This document shows positions 1-10,784 of a stretch of DNA of 64,000 nt, piece by piece (the stretch's first letter is position 1; each line of letters starts with the position of its first letter). The stretch is taken from contig NC_042997.1 of the NCBI RefSeq assembly GCF_006345805.1, forward strand, positions 122,264,001-122,328,000. Direction: 5' to 3'. The notes beneath the pieces were generated by a model. That model was not told where the DNA came from, did no database searches, and saw only the letters and a list, made by a program, of their open reading frames with translations. A program made the position numbers and the translations under genes. The stretch comes from Octopus sinensis (taxonomy: Eukaryota).

Positions 1-21
1 GTATTGATTTATTCTTTCCTT

Positions 22-420
22 TTTTTATTCTTTTACTTGTTTCAGTCATTTGACTGCGGCCATGCTGGAGCACCGCCTTTAGTCGAGCAAATTGACCCCA
101 GGACTTATTCTTTGTAAGCCTAGTACTTATTCTATCGGTCTCTTTTACCGAACCGCTAAGTTACGGGGACGTAAACACACCAGCATCGGTTGCCAAGCGA
201 TGTTGGGGGGAAAAACACAGACACACAAAAACACTCACACACATATATACATATATACGACGGTCTTCTTTCAGTTTCCGTCTACAAAATCCACTCACAA
301 GGCTTTGGTCGGCCCGAGGCTATAATAGAAGACACTTGCCCAAGGTGCCACGCAGTGGGACTGAACCCAGAATCATGTGGTTGGTAAGCATGCTACTTAT
401 CACACCGCCACTCCTGTACC
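22..420 (-). mobile_element. tRNA-derived SINE family 1 (head + CORE-like segment + internal microsatellite + 3' tail), full-length copy
   Basis: Minus strand reads GGTACAGGAGTGGCGGTGTGATAAG (A-box-like) ... GGGTTCAGTCCC (B-box-like, plus 357-368), then CACCTTGGGCAAGTG (CORE-like), a (TA/TG)n tract at about 211-257 and a roughly 190-bp tail. The same modules recur at 31964, 33141, 33861, 41386, 41545 and 60686. Confidence 0.85.
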
Positions 421-1284
421 TACTGTCTACTCTTGACAAACTGAACTTTTCTGATTTAATTTATGATGATTTAAAATACGTTATTCCGCAATTTCGCTCC
501 CTTTTTAATTTGGTAGGTCATTCAGCTGTTACAAGCTCAAATTCTCACTAGATTATCAATTTCCTGTATCTCTAGCGTACAGCAATACTGATGCACTTCT
601 TTAAAAAAACTTCATTCAATCAATCCCAGTACGTTTGTGTTTCTGTTTATTATTGTTTTATTTCGTCGAATCTCTAAATTACAAAGACTTAATTGTATAC
701 TTGTTGCTAAGTAGTGAGAAAACTACAAACACGTACACTCACACATACACGTGTGTGTCAGTATGTATGTGACTGTATGTTAGTGTGTATGTTTCTGTGT
801 CTGTGTGTTGTGTGTATGTGCGTAAAAAGTGAAAGCACCCGGTTGCTTATGATGTATGAACAGAAATTTTTATGATTTTGTAGTATAAGATATTCACACC
901 TGGCTGAATACAGTGGCGTAGCACGATTCAACCTCAGTTTTGGATTTTATAATTCTTAAGGATGATTTCATCAACCGCACCAACTGCCTCCTTATAACAC
1001 TCTCATAGTGATTTCAAAAAAATATTCGAACTCATCTGTTTGCTAATTGCATAGCATCTACCGAAGTTCAACTAATCAATGCAAATTAAAACATTGAAAT
1101 CGGATGTCCAGTGCAGTTCAAAGTTTCAGATGCATTACAGGTAAACACCCGATTGCATATAGTGACGTCCAATTTGCACTCTTCGACCATGAGAAATGCT
1201 TGACTTGGTGCCTCATTGTCTTGATCGGTATGCACTTTATTAAATTCAGTAATTGAAAAACTGAACTTTTACATCAACATATCA

Positions 1285-2440
1285 CTTTAACTCTGTTGCC
1301 ATTCTAATATCTTTGTTTTCCTAAACTGGGATTTTGATATGCTGCCTTTATGTATATTTTCCTTACATGCCTGGATATTATCTCTGCTGATACGGACGTG
1401 CCACGTTCGATGACGCTTTTTTACATTGATGAATGCCTCCCAAGCCAAACCTTAGACATCCAAGTGAAGCCGAGGTTGAACTAATAAGGATGATATTGTT
1501 ATTTTTGTAAACTAAATATGGAATGCAATACTCTGATAGCAACATCAAAATAAAGGCAACATTCTGCCCCAAAGTACACAGTTCATGTAATTGGGTTTCA
1601 CCATGCAATGCATAAGAAGTCTCTGACAGATGTTCGATAGCAGGATAATGCTATATGGTTGTGTGGTAGAACATTTCTGGAGAGCGATGTGATTGACACA
1701 TGACAATTTTTTCTATGCTGAAGGTGATGATGCAATACGAAGCTTTTTTTGTATTTATAAATAAATCTTGGAGATGGCTGACTACTGTAAAGCATGGCCA
1801 AACACCGCGTACCATGGAAATACTGATAATGTGTTTGGTGTGACAATTGACTACACAAAACTTCATAAAAAACGATATGCAAATAGCCATATGGATGGCA
1901 GCAAGAAATGAAACGGAGGTTTAATATGCCATCCTGTGATGCGAATATTTTATGACCAATCGGAGACAAAACGGCCTAAATTATCATTCCAAGCGGTTTC
2001 CAACCGAGTTTACCTCCGTATGCACTACAGATTGATGTGTTGCACTGGACCCGGTATTGTGGAAAAGGTTTACTAGAAATAGGATGCCATTCGAATAAGG
2101 ACAACAGAGAACGGTGCAACTGTGCTTGTGTTACTACATTTTTTCAATTTTGATACACAAAAACAACTGAGGCAAAAGCTAAAGGTTGTTGGTCTGCTTA
2201 ATCGAACCTTATTTAGAGAGGCCAGTCAACCGCTAAAAGGACCACCACCTCTAGGATGGTTCCTTTATATAACCTTCTAGAAATAAGAGCCAAATCAATT
2301 TCCACTGATAACATTTTCTCTTCAGAAAAATTTATAAATCTCTACAGTGTTCCAGAGAAAGAAGTCCGGAGGTCAGAGTTTCACCGATTTCATAAATGTC
2401 CGCACGGCTCAAGCTTCTTTGTGACTAATTAATAACACGA
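1285..2440 (+). pseudogene. Possible highly decayed piggyBac-like transposase remnant
   Basis: Plus-strand translation at about 2280-2340 gives EIRAKSISTDNIFSSEKF, similar to the piggyBac catalytic R.IT.DNFFTS motif. There is an acidic segment near 1385-1450. Many stops and shifts, and no convincing TIR/TTAA pair. Confidence 0.25.
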
Positions 2441-2969
2441 ACACTTAAAATGGATTTAATACCAATATGTCTGCAAGTAGTGAAGACCTGCATACATCAA
2501 TTCGATATTCAATATTTCCCTAAAGCAACAGATCAATGATAAAACTATAAAAGAATTTGTAAAATGTGTCAAATGTAATAGAATGGAAGGAAATGTCAAT
2601 AGCCAAACATTTAAATGTAGATAATCCGACATGAATATTTAAGTTAATCAATTTAATGGAATCAATCACAATTTAACTGAAATTGTAGCCCCGAACAAAC
2701 TGCGAAGTATATACCTACATGTTTGTGATCATTAGCTATACAGAGAGAAAACTGACTTCTGCAATAGTCTGGAGAATATTAAAGTTATATATTTAGCTTA
2801 TTTCTATTAGTCTCTGTCAATTGATACGTAATAACATGCATTGACATCAAACCAGGTACTCGAAATGTTTGGTGATTCATCTTCGATAATTTGATTCAGC
2901 CCATTACATTTAAAATATGATAGACGAGCTGTAAAATTGCCTAAACATTTTTGATGTGCAAATTGCTGG

Positions 2970-2993
2970 TATATATATATATATATTCATACA

Positions 2994-3052
<59 letters not shown>

Positions 3053-3165
3053 TATATATAAATATATATATAAATATATATTCATACATGTGTGTGTGTA
3101 CATATATATATATATATATCAATATATGTATATACATACATGTGTGTGCGCGCGCGTGTGTGTAC

Positions 3166-3213
<48 letters not shown>

Positions 3214-3243
3214 GTGTGTGTATACATATTTATGTATGTACGT

Positions 3244-3315
<72 letters not shown>
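2970..3315. repeat. Compound (TA)n/(TG)n/(CG)n microsatellite
   Basis: Directly visible alternating purine-pyrimidine tract; TTCATACATGTGTGTGT occurs twice (about 2986 and 3081). Confidence 0.97.
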
Positions 3316-3317
<2 letters not shown>

Positions 3318-4052
3318 ATACATTCAAAAACAAATCAACTCAGCAGTGTAAATGTGAATTTTGAAATTGTATAGCGACAATGTAAAAGTTTAAAAATTTT
3401 TTTGAACAATGTGTTTTAAACAATGCACATTTTCGTTTCATACAATTTCTCTTAACATTGCGCTATAGTTCAAGATTTAATGCTAAAAGCTGTTACATTT
3501 TGCCATAATACAAGGTTTATTTCTATGCATAAACGCTTAAAAGATATATTCATCAGAGTATAATGAGAAAATTTAAATGCTCTCTTTACCGAGAACTAAG
3601 CGATGGAATTAAAATGAGATGCCGTGATAAATCAACAACGTAGAGGGATGATATCTAAATTGCAATATAAACCTTGTCCTAATCTCTAAAGAGTAATATT
3701 TACCGGCGTGGTATAACTACGTAAATTTGTCAGAATCTTAGAGAGAGGAAGATTACTAATACCCTTGAATAAAAGCCAGCAATTTCTTAAACAGATGTAC
3801 CCACACCCGACAGTCGTATGTGACTAAATGGAAATGCTGAGTTGTATTAAAGGCTGTCAGTTAATATGGGCTTCATTTGTAAACTATTGTACGTGTAACT
3901 TATTCTAAACTGATCTAGAAATGTATCCTACCATTTAGGTCCATCAAAATATAATCAATACATTTATTTTAATATTTCAAAATAACTTTGATCTTATGCC
4001 GAATAATTGTTAGTATATTGTACTCACATAATGGTAAAGTCAGCACTTGAAG

Positions 4053-4375
4053 CTTTTATTTATATATGCGCCCTTTCCAAGCCTAGCCAGGCTCATGGGC
4101 CCGGTTTCCCGGTTTCTGTGGCGTATATGTTCCCCACCCCAAGCTGGACGGGACGCCAGTCTTATCGCAGCGTTACTCAAGAAACATGAAGAAAGAGTGA
4201 GAGAAGTTGAGGCGAAAGAGTACAACAGGGGTCGCCACCACCCCCTGCCGGAGCATCGTAGAGCTTTTAGGTGTTTCCGCTCAATAAACACACAAGACAC
4301 CCGGTCTGGGGATCGAAACCGCGATCCTCCGATCGCGAGTCCACTGCCCTAGCCACTGGACCATTGCGCCTCTAC
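4053..4375 (-). mobile_element. tRNA-derived SINE family 2, full length, with target-site duplication
   Basis: Minus strand head GAGGCGCAATGGTCCAGTGG ... GGTTTCGATCCC (A/B boxes). Flanked by CAGCACTTGAAG (4041-4052) and CAACACTTGAAG (4376-4387), an 11/12 match. Second copy at 47741-48050. Confidence 0.85.
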
Positions 4376-4736
4376 CAACACTTGAAGTACATATATGAAA
4401 TATTGTGTGTCGCAATATGGTCGACAAAGCAGAGAAATCTCTAACAGTTGAGACATCGTCTAGTCAGAACACACTCTTAAGGAATTCAAATATAATTTGA
4501 CAACGAGAATTAAATTCTATATAAACACTTGAATATCATTTATGCAAATATGACAACGTTTAATGACGCTATTTAGTTTCTCCTTATTTTCATTGAAGAT
4601 GTCTTCGAACAAGAACACAGAACAAATCTACGGAATAAGAATGGATGTATCGTGTATGGATATGATTAATTATACTATATTTCATTGTAATTTGCAATGA
4701 AAATTTAGCAAATAGAAATGCTTATCAAAATTGCAT

Positions 4737-4739
<3 letters not shown>

Positions 4740-4780
<41 letters not shown>

Positions 4781-4810
4781 TTGAGAGAAAGAGAGAGAGA
4801 GAGGACAAGG

Positions 4811-4853
<43 letters not shown>

Positions 4854-4899
4854 ATATATATAGTGTGTGAGAGAAAGAGAGAGAGAGAGGACAAGGAAT

Positions 4900-4931
<32 letters not shown>

Positions 4932-4935
4932 ATAT
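4740..4935. repeat. (TA)n tract with a tandemly duplicated roughly 85-bp (GA)n-GGACAAGGAATT-(TA)n unit
   Basis: TAGTGT(G)TGAGAGAAAGAGAGAG..GGACAAGGAATTATATA occurs at about 4776 and 4861. Confidence 0.95.
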
Positions 4936-5119
4936 ACAGAGCGTGGCCTAAAACTAAAAAAACCATGAAATTTTGATAAATTTGTTCTAATTACTTTCTT
5001 TTATTTGTAATTCACAAAATGCGATTCTTCACAACTAATGTACATATATTTCATACAAATATGAAATACATGTACATTAGTTGTGAATGCTTTCTTTCAT
5101 TATACCAAAGAAACAGACT

Positions 5120-5440
5120 CAGAAGGCTTTGTAAAGTAGGACCCCACTTCCAGGAGGATAGTCCCCTCACACAGTCCAACCAGGATCAATGAGGTACTGA
5201 ATGACCAGTTCAAAAATGTCTTTACCACCCCGTTGGAACACCGACAAATGATCGAACGAATGGATTTCTTTGCCGCCTCAACTACAACTAGCGAGGCAGT
5301 TACGTTGGAATACATCGATATTAGCAAAGAAGATATACTAGAGCCAGAGATGAGGTGGACGCAAACACAACTGCTAGTCCGAATGGTTTTCCAGCAATCC
5401 TCCTCAAATTATGTAAGCGTGCCCTGGTGAAACCACTTCC
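5120..5440 (+). pseudogene. LINE ORF2 fragment (CR1/L2/Jockey-type, segment just upstream of the RT domain)
   Basis: Across frames: EVLNDQFKNVFTTP ... LEYIDISKEDILE ... DANTTASPNGFPAILLKLCKRALVKPL, resembling the S.GPDG.P..LLK.C...L..PL motif that precedes RT in these LINEs. Confidence 0.7.
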
Positions 5441-5476
5441 ATCTTACCCATACTCCGCACCACATCTTACCGCCTT

Positions 5477-8075
5477 ATGCGGGCCACCATTCGCTCCAAT
5501 CTCTCCAAACTACATGCCATCAACCGCCTTCTTCCTCCTGCTTTCTCCACCTTCTTCTCCTCTCTGCCGCCTCTCTATGCTCCAAACACGCTACGCTTCA
5601 TTATCCATTTGAATCAACTCTTCCATCAATTTCTTTCTGATACCAAACTTCGTAAACTCCAATCACTCTTCCATTCCACCCTACCCGACGCCACTACCCC
5701 AACTCCTCCACCACCCTTCTCCCCTCCCGATAGGCTCCATCCACCCACACCTAACCCCACTGCCCCTCCCTACAACCCCTTCTCCCCTCCCGTTAGGCTC
5801 CATCCACCTACACCTAACCCTACTGCCCCGCCCAACCACCCCCCACACACCTCCCCAATCCCTCCCCCTCAGACCTCCACGAGACCTACCACCCCTCCTA
5901 CTTCTATTCCACCCACCCCTTCTCCACTTCCGTCTGTTGTTACCATTCCCCCCGATCTTCCCCTCTCTGCGGCTGAACGCTCCGTCCTTGGTAGGGGTCT
6001 GCGTTTCATCCCCCTCACTCCATCCTGTAAGGAATTCCAGACGCGAGTTGATATCCACAGCTTTGTGCGCCGTGTCCGGTTGGGTGCGCATTACCACGAC
6101 TCGCCACCCACACCCCACGAAGAGGACGACTGCTTCACTGGCCTGGGCCGCCGACCATCCCCGTGGACGCCTGCCCCTGGCCAGATCCTAGCAGTGGATC
6201 TTTTCGCGGGCGCTTGTCAGCGTGCATTGAAGCGGTTCAACTTCTCCAGGCGCCAACGCCGCCTCAACATCTCCCCGGCTGAGCTTTTGGCTCTTCGTTC
6301 CCTCCAACGTCGCGCTGACATTATCATCAAACCGGCTGACAAGGGTGGAGCTGTAGTGGTGTGGCGCGCGGACCTCTATAGGGCCGAGGCTTTCCGCCAA
6401 GAATGACACGATCCTTCTTCTATTCCCCTCTGCCCTCTAACCCCACACGTAGCTACCAACAGACGGTATCCTCTACCGTCCAAGACCTCATCTCGTCCTC
6501 CCGTCTCCCCCGCACCGCATCCAACCTAATTGTGCGAACCCCACGTACCCCCCATTTACTTCCTCCCCAAAATCCACAAAACCCAACAACCCTGGCCGCC
6601 CCATCGTCTCCGCCTGTAACTGCCCCACGGAGCTCATCTCTAAATACCTCGACCGTGTCCTTGCCGCCCTAGTGGCATCTCTTCCCTCCCACATCCACGA
6701 TACCAACCATGCTCTCCTCCGGCTTTTCAACTCTTTCTCCTTTCCTCCCTGCTCCTCCAAAATCCTTTTACTATGGACATCCAAAGCCTCTATACTGTTA
6801 TCCCTCACCACGAAGGACTGCAGGCCCTTCGACACTTTCTTGACCTCCGCTCTAACCCTGTACCTGACACCTCCACACTCATTCGTCTGGCCGAACTTGT
6901 CCTTACTCTGAACTGCTTCTCGTTCGCGGGCGAGTTCTACCATCAGGTCTCGGGAGTGGCCATGGGAACGCGAATGGGCCCCAACTATGCGAACCTGTTC
7001 GTTGGCTATGTTGAGGCCCAAATATTCTCTAATTTCACTGGTCCCCTCCTGAACTATATGGTCGTTATATTGACGACATTATCGGTGCCACCTCACTCTC
7101 CCGCGAACATCTAGATTCCTTCCTCTCTTTCGTCCAATCTTTCCATCCAGCCCTCCACTTCCACTTCCGCTATCTCCACCCTCTGTCTCCTTCCTCGACA
7201 TTCGGTTAGCATTCTTCACTCCACTCTTACCACCTCCATTCACTACAAACACACAGACTCACACTCATACCTCAACTTCTCTTCCTCACACCCAGACACA
7301 CCAAGCTTTCCATCCCCTATTCCCAATTCCTCCGTCTACGTAGGCTCTGTAGTGACGACCATGACTTTGAGACTCAGTCTCAACGTATGGCTCACCACTT
7401 CACCCTACTGGATACCCCTCATCCACTATCCACACCGCCCTTGCCAGAGCACGGTCCGTGGACCGTGTATCTGCTCTCTCTCCCTGAACCCGCCCTGTAG
7501 TCTCCCGCCTCCCTTTTCCCCCTCACTTACCACCACCCCACGACCCTACGTCTCCAACGCACCATTCTTCGAGCTTTCCGTCATCTCCAGTCCGACCCGT
7601 CCACTTCACACCTCTTCCCTAACCGACCCCTCCCCTCTTTCAAACGAGCCCACAACCTTCGAGACCTTTTGGTCATAGCTCCTTCCCTGACCTACCTCCC
7701 AACCCGGCTCGTTCCCCTGCTCCCGCCCACGTTGCCGCACTTGCCCTTACCTCTCCAACACCACCCGCCTCACTAGCACCCACCATCGACCCTAGCAATA
7801 TTATCTATTGCATCTCTTGCTCTCTCTGCAATTCCTTGTACATCGGACAAACGGGACGCCGCTTGGCTGACCGGTTCGCGGAACAACTTCGTGACATCCA
7901 CCTTGCGAACGACACACCGGTCTCACGCCATTTCCGCTCCACCGGTCACTCCTTGCAACACCTATCTGTGTTCGGTTTGTCCTTACACAGAGGCCATCCG
8001 GATTCCCGTTTGCGCCGTGAACAGGAATTATCTTCTCTCTTCGCTCTTATACGCCATTGGTCTCAACTCTCCCCC
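5477..8075 (+). pseudogene. PLE polyprotein: Pro-rich N-terminal region, reverse transcriptase and C-terminal GIY-YIG endonuclease, split by multiple small indels
   Basis: ORF-track pieces 5477-6406, 6403-6672, 6672-6911, 6773-7114 and 7836-8087 join into one PLE ORF after several frame changes. The frame is open upstream of the 5477 ATG (SILPILRTTSYRL), so the true start is missing. Confidence 0.9.
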
Positions 8076-8410
8076 CTCCTCATCTAACCCCCTCTCCCCT
8101 CCCCCTCCTCCCTATCCTTTCTCCCCCCGACCACTACTTCTTCAGTCCTTCATCCTTTCACCCCTACTCCCCTTCCCTTCTTCCCTCTTTATCCCTCCCT
8201 CTTCCCCTTCCCTCTGCTCCCTCACTCCCTCTCTCCCCTCTCCCTTCCTTCCTCCTTCATCCCCCTCCTCCCTTCCTCTCCCCATCCCTCCTCTTCCTCC
8301 CCCTTCTTCTCCTCCCCCGCTCCTCTTCTTCCCCTCCCCTTCTCCCCCCCTCTTCTCCCCCCCTCTTCTCCCCCTCCCCCTCTTCTCCCCCTCCCCCTCT
8401 TCTCCTCACT
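8075..8410 (+). repeat. Near-pure C/T low-complexity tract in the PLE 3' UTR
   Basis: About 330 nt made almost entirely of C and T (CCT/CTT/CCCT units). Confidence 0.9.
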
Positions 8411-8454
8411 ACACCACATAACTTTACACATCACATCACATATGATGTGCCATA

Positions 8455-8775
8455 CTAATACACACACCAACTAATACATACTAATACGTACTAATACATA
8501 CTAGTACATACTAATACTTACAACCAACCCTATACATACACACGTCCAGACCCCCATACTCACTTATACTCTCTCACACACACACACACATACCTATACA
8601 TACCAATACGTACTAATACATACTATACATACTAATACATACACCAACCCCATACATACGCACGTCCAGACCAATCTTACTTACTACAATACTCTCTCAT
8701 ACACACACACACCACACCACACCCTATACATACTAATACATACACCAACCCTATACATACACACATCCAGACCCC
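8455..8775 (+). repeat. Degenerate tandem repeats (CTAATACATA units inside longer blocks) in the PLE 3' UTR
   Basis: CTAATACATA/CTAATACGTA repeated many times; CAACC(C)TATACATACACAC(G/A)TCCAGACC-like block at about 8521, 8645 and 8745. Confidence 0.85.
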
Positions 8776-8960
8776 TCCCACGCACTTTTAGCTGGACCCT
8801 CAACCCATTTATCAACCCTATTATCTCCCCTTATTTCGCTCTCGCGTCTCATGTTTGATCTTTGACCTCTGGGCCGAAATCAGATCGCCATGTTGATTCG
8901 TTAGCTACTGCACGCATTTTTTTTTCTCTCCTTCTTTCTGTGTTTTTTCTCTCTCTGGTA

Positions 8961-8997
8961 TCTTTCTGTGAAGAGCGTAGGCTCGAAACGTTAAAGA
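8961..8997 (+). ncRNA. Minimal type-I hammerhead-ribozyme-like motif with a variant core
   Basis: TCTTT-CTGTGAA-GAGC(GTAG)GCTC-GAAA-CG-TT-AAAGA: stem I TCTTT/AAAGA, 4-bp stem II, GAAA, and a palindromic AACGTT in place of stem III. It sits at a PLE 3' terminal repeat, where such ribozymes are known to occur. The core differs from CUGANGA. Confidence 0.6.
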
Positions 8998-9217
8998 CTT
9001 GTTTTATTTATATTTCCTGAGCGCCATACTAATACAATTGTTCGTTTGTTTTCCACCTGCCTTCGTCTTTTGTTTATTTTCATAAAGCTTCCCGTTATAT
9101 ATATATATACATATATATAGTGACGCATATTTGCCATTTGAATATGGCTAACCCCTAAGGCAAATATGCGTCACGATGTGTTACCGCTACTGTTTATAAC
9201 TCGCTCTGAGATTTATC

Positions 9218-9253
<36 letters not shown>

Positions 9254-10747
9254 CTGAATATTATTAATCACGTGTCTTAAAAATTTATATGTAATTTAGG
9301 AAAATTAGTCAGTTGCTTACTTTTCAACTTTTAGTTTTACTTGCTTTAGTCAGTGGAGTGTGATCTTCCTACAGAAAAGAGAAGTGATTTCTACTTCATG
9401 TGTTACAGATTTGTAAATGCAAAAATCCCTCGCGTATATACACATGAACAGCCTTATTGAAAAAAGGTAGGTGGCTGATAATATACTCAACGCATTTAAT
9501 GCAGAGTGTATGGTACTATATCTAAAGTTTTAGCTTCAGTTTGCAAATTGTGTCGTCTAGAAATCCAAACAGCTGATTCCACAACCATCAGAGTTGTGAT
9601 TTAACTGGTTATATGCAAATCTTTGATGATTCTTGAAGCAGTTTATAGACAAAACAGCTATACATAAACTTTGCAGACGCACACGCGCACACACATATAT
9701 ATGTGCGTGTGAGATATATGTTCGCACAGATGTATGTGTATGAGTTTTTGTTTCATGTATTTGCGAATTTAAAGTATTGGAGTTAGCGCCTGGTCGATTT
9801 AAATGATTATAATCATAGCAACACTTATTTACAAATAGAAAGTCAGACTACAATGTAGATAAACTGTGAGGGAAAAGTGAGTGAAGATAGAGAGCTAGAG
9901 ATAGAGAGTGAGAGAGAGAGAGAATGAAATGGATACATCTATGTATACATACACAGATGAAGAGAGATTCACATAAACATTGTAAAACATACATCACAGC
10001 AATCATTTAATAAAAGAATAAAGATCGATCGTTATGTATAGCCTTAGAGTTCCAATATCAAGTGCTATGAACAGACTGTATTTCAGCTTCAAATATTTAC
10101 GTCCTTAATAGATTTTTGAAGTCGTTCTGTTTGCTCTAACAGAGAAACGACAGTTGAAGATCAGTTCAAATGCTGTGGTGTAATCCACTATTTTTCAATT
10201 CCGTCATTATAGCAGAGCTAAACGATTACATTAAAAAATATACATAAACGCTTTCCCTCCATAACGATACAGTCTACTCCTAATATATTGATCACTATAT
10301 CGATTAGACTTTTATACTTCAGTTCACCCTAATAGTGTCGCTACTTGCTTATCAGTCTGTAGACTATTGTTTGAGTTGGAAACCTTACACAGACTCCAGA
10401 AATGCCTACAGCTATCCGAATTATCGATCTTACCTTTTGTAAGAGCTTTAAATAGTCGTTTTATCAAATTTATATTCTCCACTATCGTTTTGGTTCAGTA
10501 AATACGAAAGCCATTTCTCCTTTGTGCAAAGCAACTTAATAGCTTGCTAGTTAGATAGGTAGACAAATAAATATTAAAATAGATTTCTAGTAGAAGATAA
10601 GTGGATAAATGCACTTTGGGATATAAATATTTTGTATAGAAACAGTGATGACTAGCATCGTCAGCAGTAAAGAACTTGAGGCGATTTTGTAATTGAGAAA
10701 GTAAGCAGCAAACAAACCACACAGATACGTAAATAAAGGTGGGACAT

Positions 10748-10784
<37 letters not shown>

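Larger units (their letters stand above)
5441..9097 (+). mobile_element. Penelope-like element (Neptune-type), 5'-truncated and frameshifted, with long 3' UTR and terminal repeat ending at (TA)n
   Basis: Motifs in order: LSAAERSVLGRGLRFIP; NISPAELLALRSL..IIIKPADKGGAVVVW; YFLPKIHK/PNNPGRPIVSACNCP; MDIQSLYTVIPH; GVAMGTRMGPNYANLF; YGRYIDD (YIDD at 7066-7077); SIPYSQFLRLRRLCS; CSRPRCRTCPYL; NIIYCISCSLCNSLYIGQTGRRL (GIY-YIG from 7797). Confidence 0.93.

Noticed and set aside
357-420. tRNA genes at A/B-box-containing heads (also about 4300-4372, 33861, 37272 and 41900-41965)
   Set aside because: They run into SINE bodies and lack a complete cloverleaf and terminator; they are SINE heads.
92-551. 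ORFs inside SINE copies (also 4007-4352, 33820-34427, 41451-42222 and 47822-48077)
   Set aside because: They coincide with repeats that have Pol III boxes, and the ORFs are not preserved between copies.
2910-3374. Overlapping IY/YI-rich ORFs, here and at 13081, 21879, 23332, 38080, 40749, 49936, 51330 and 62239
   Set aside because: They are translations of (TA)n/(TG)n tracts, which lack stops in most frames.
5681-7021. Minus-strand ORFs 5681-6118, 6188-6409 and 6488-7021
   Set aside because: Antisense shadows of the C-rich PLE ORF.
7891-8470. Pro/Ser/Leu-rich and Gly/Arg/Glu-rich ORFs
   Set aside because: Products of the C/T low-complexity tract.
8857-8887. GATCT-TTGA-CC(TCTG)GGCC-GAAA-TC-AGATC as a second hammerhead
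   Set aside because: The CUGANGA core is largely missing and there is no stem III; probably a simple hairpin.
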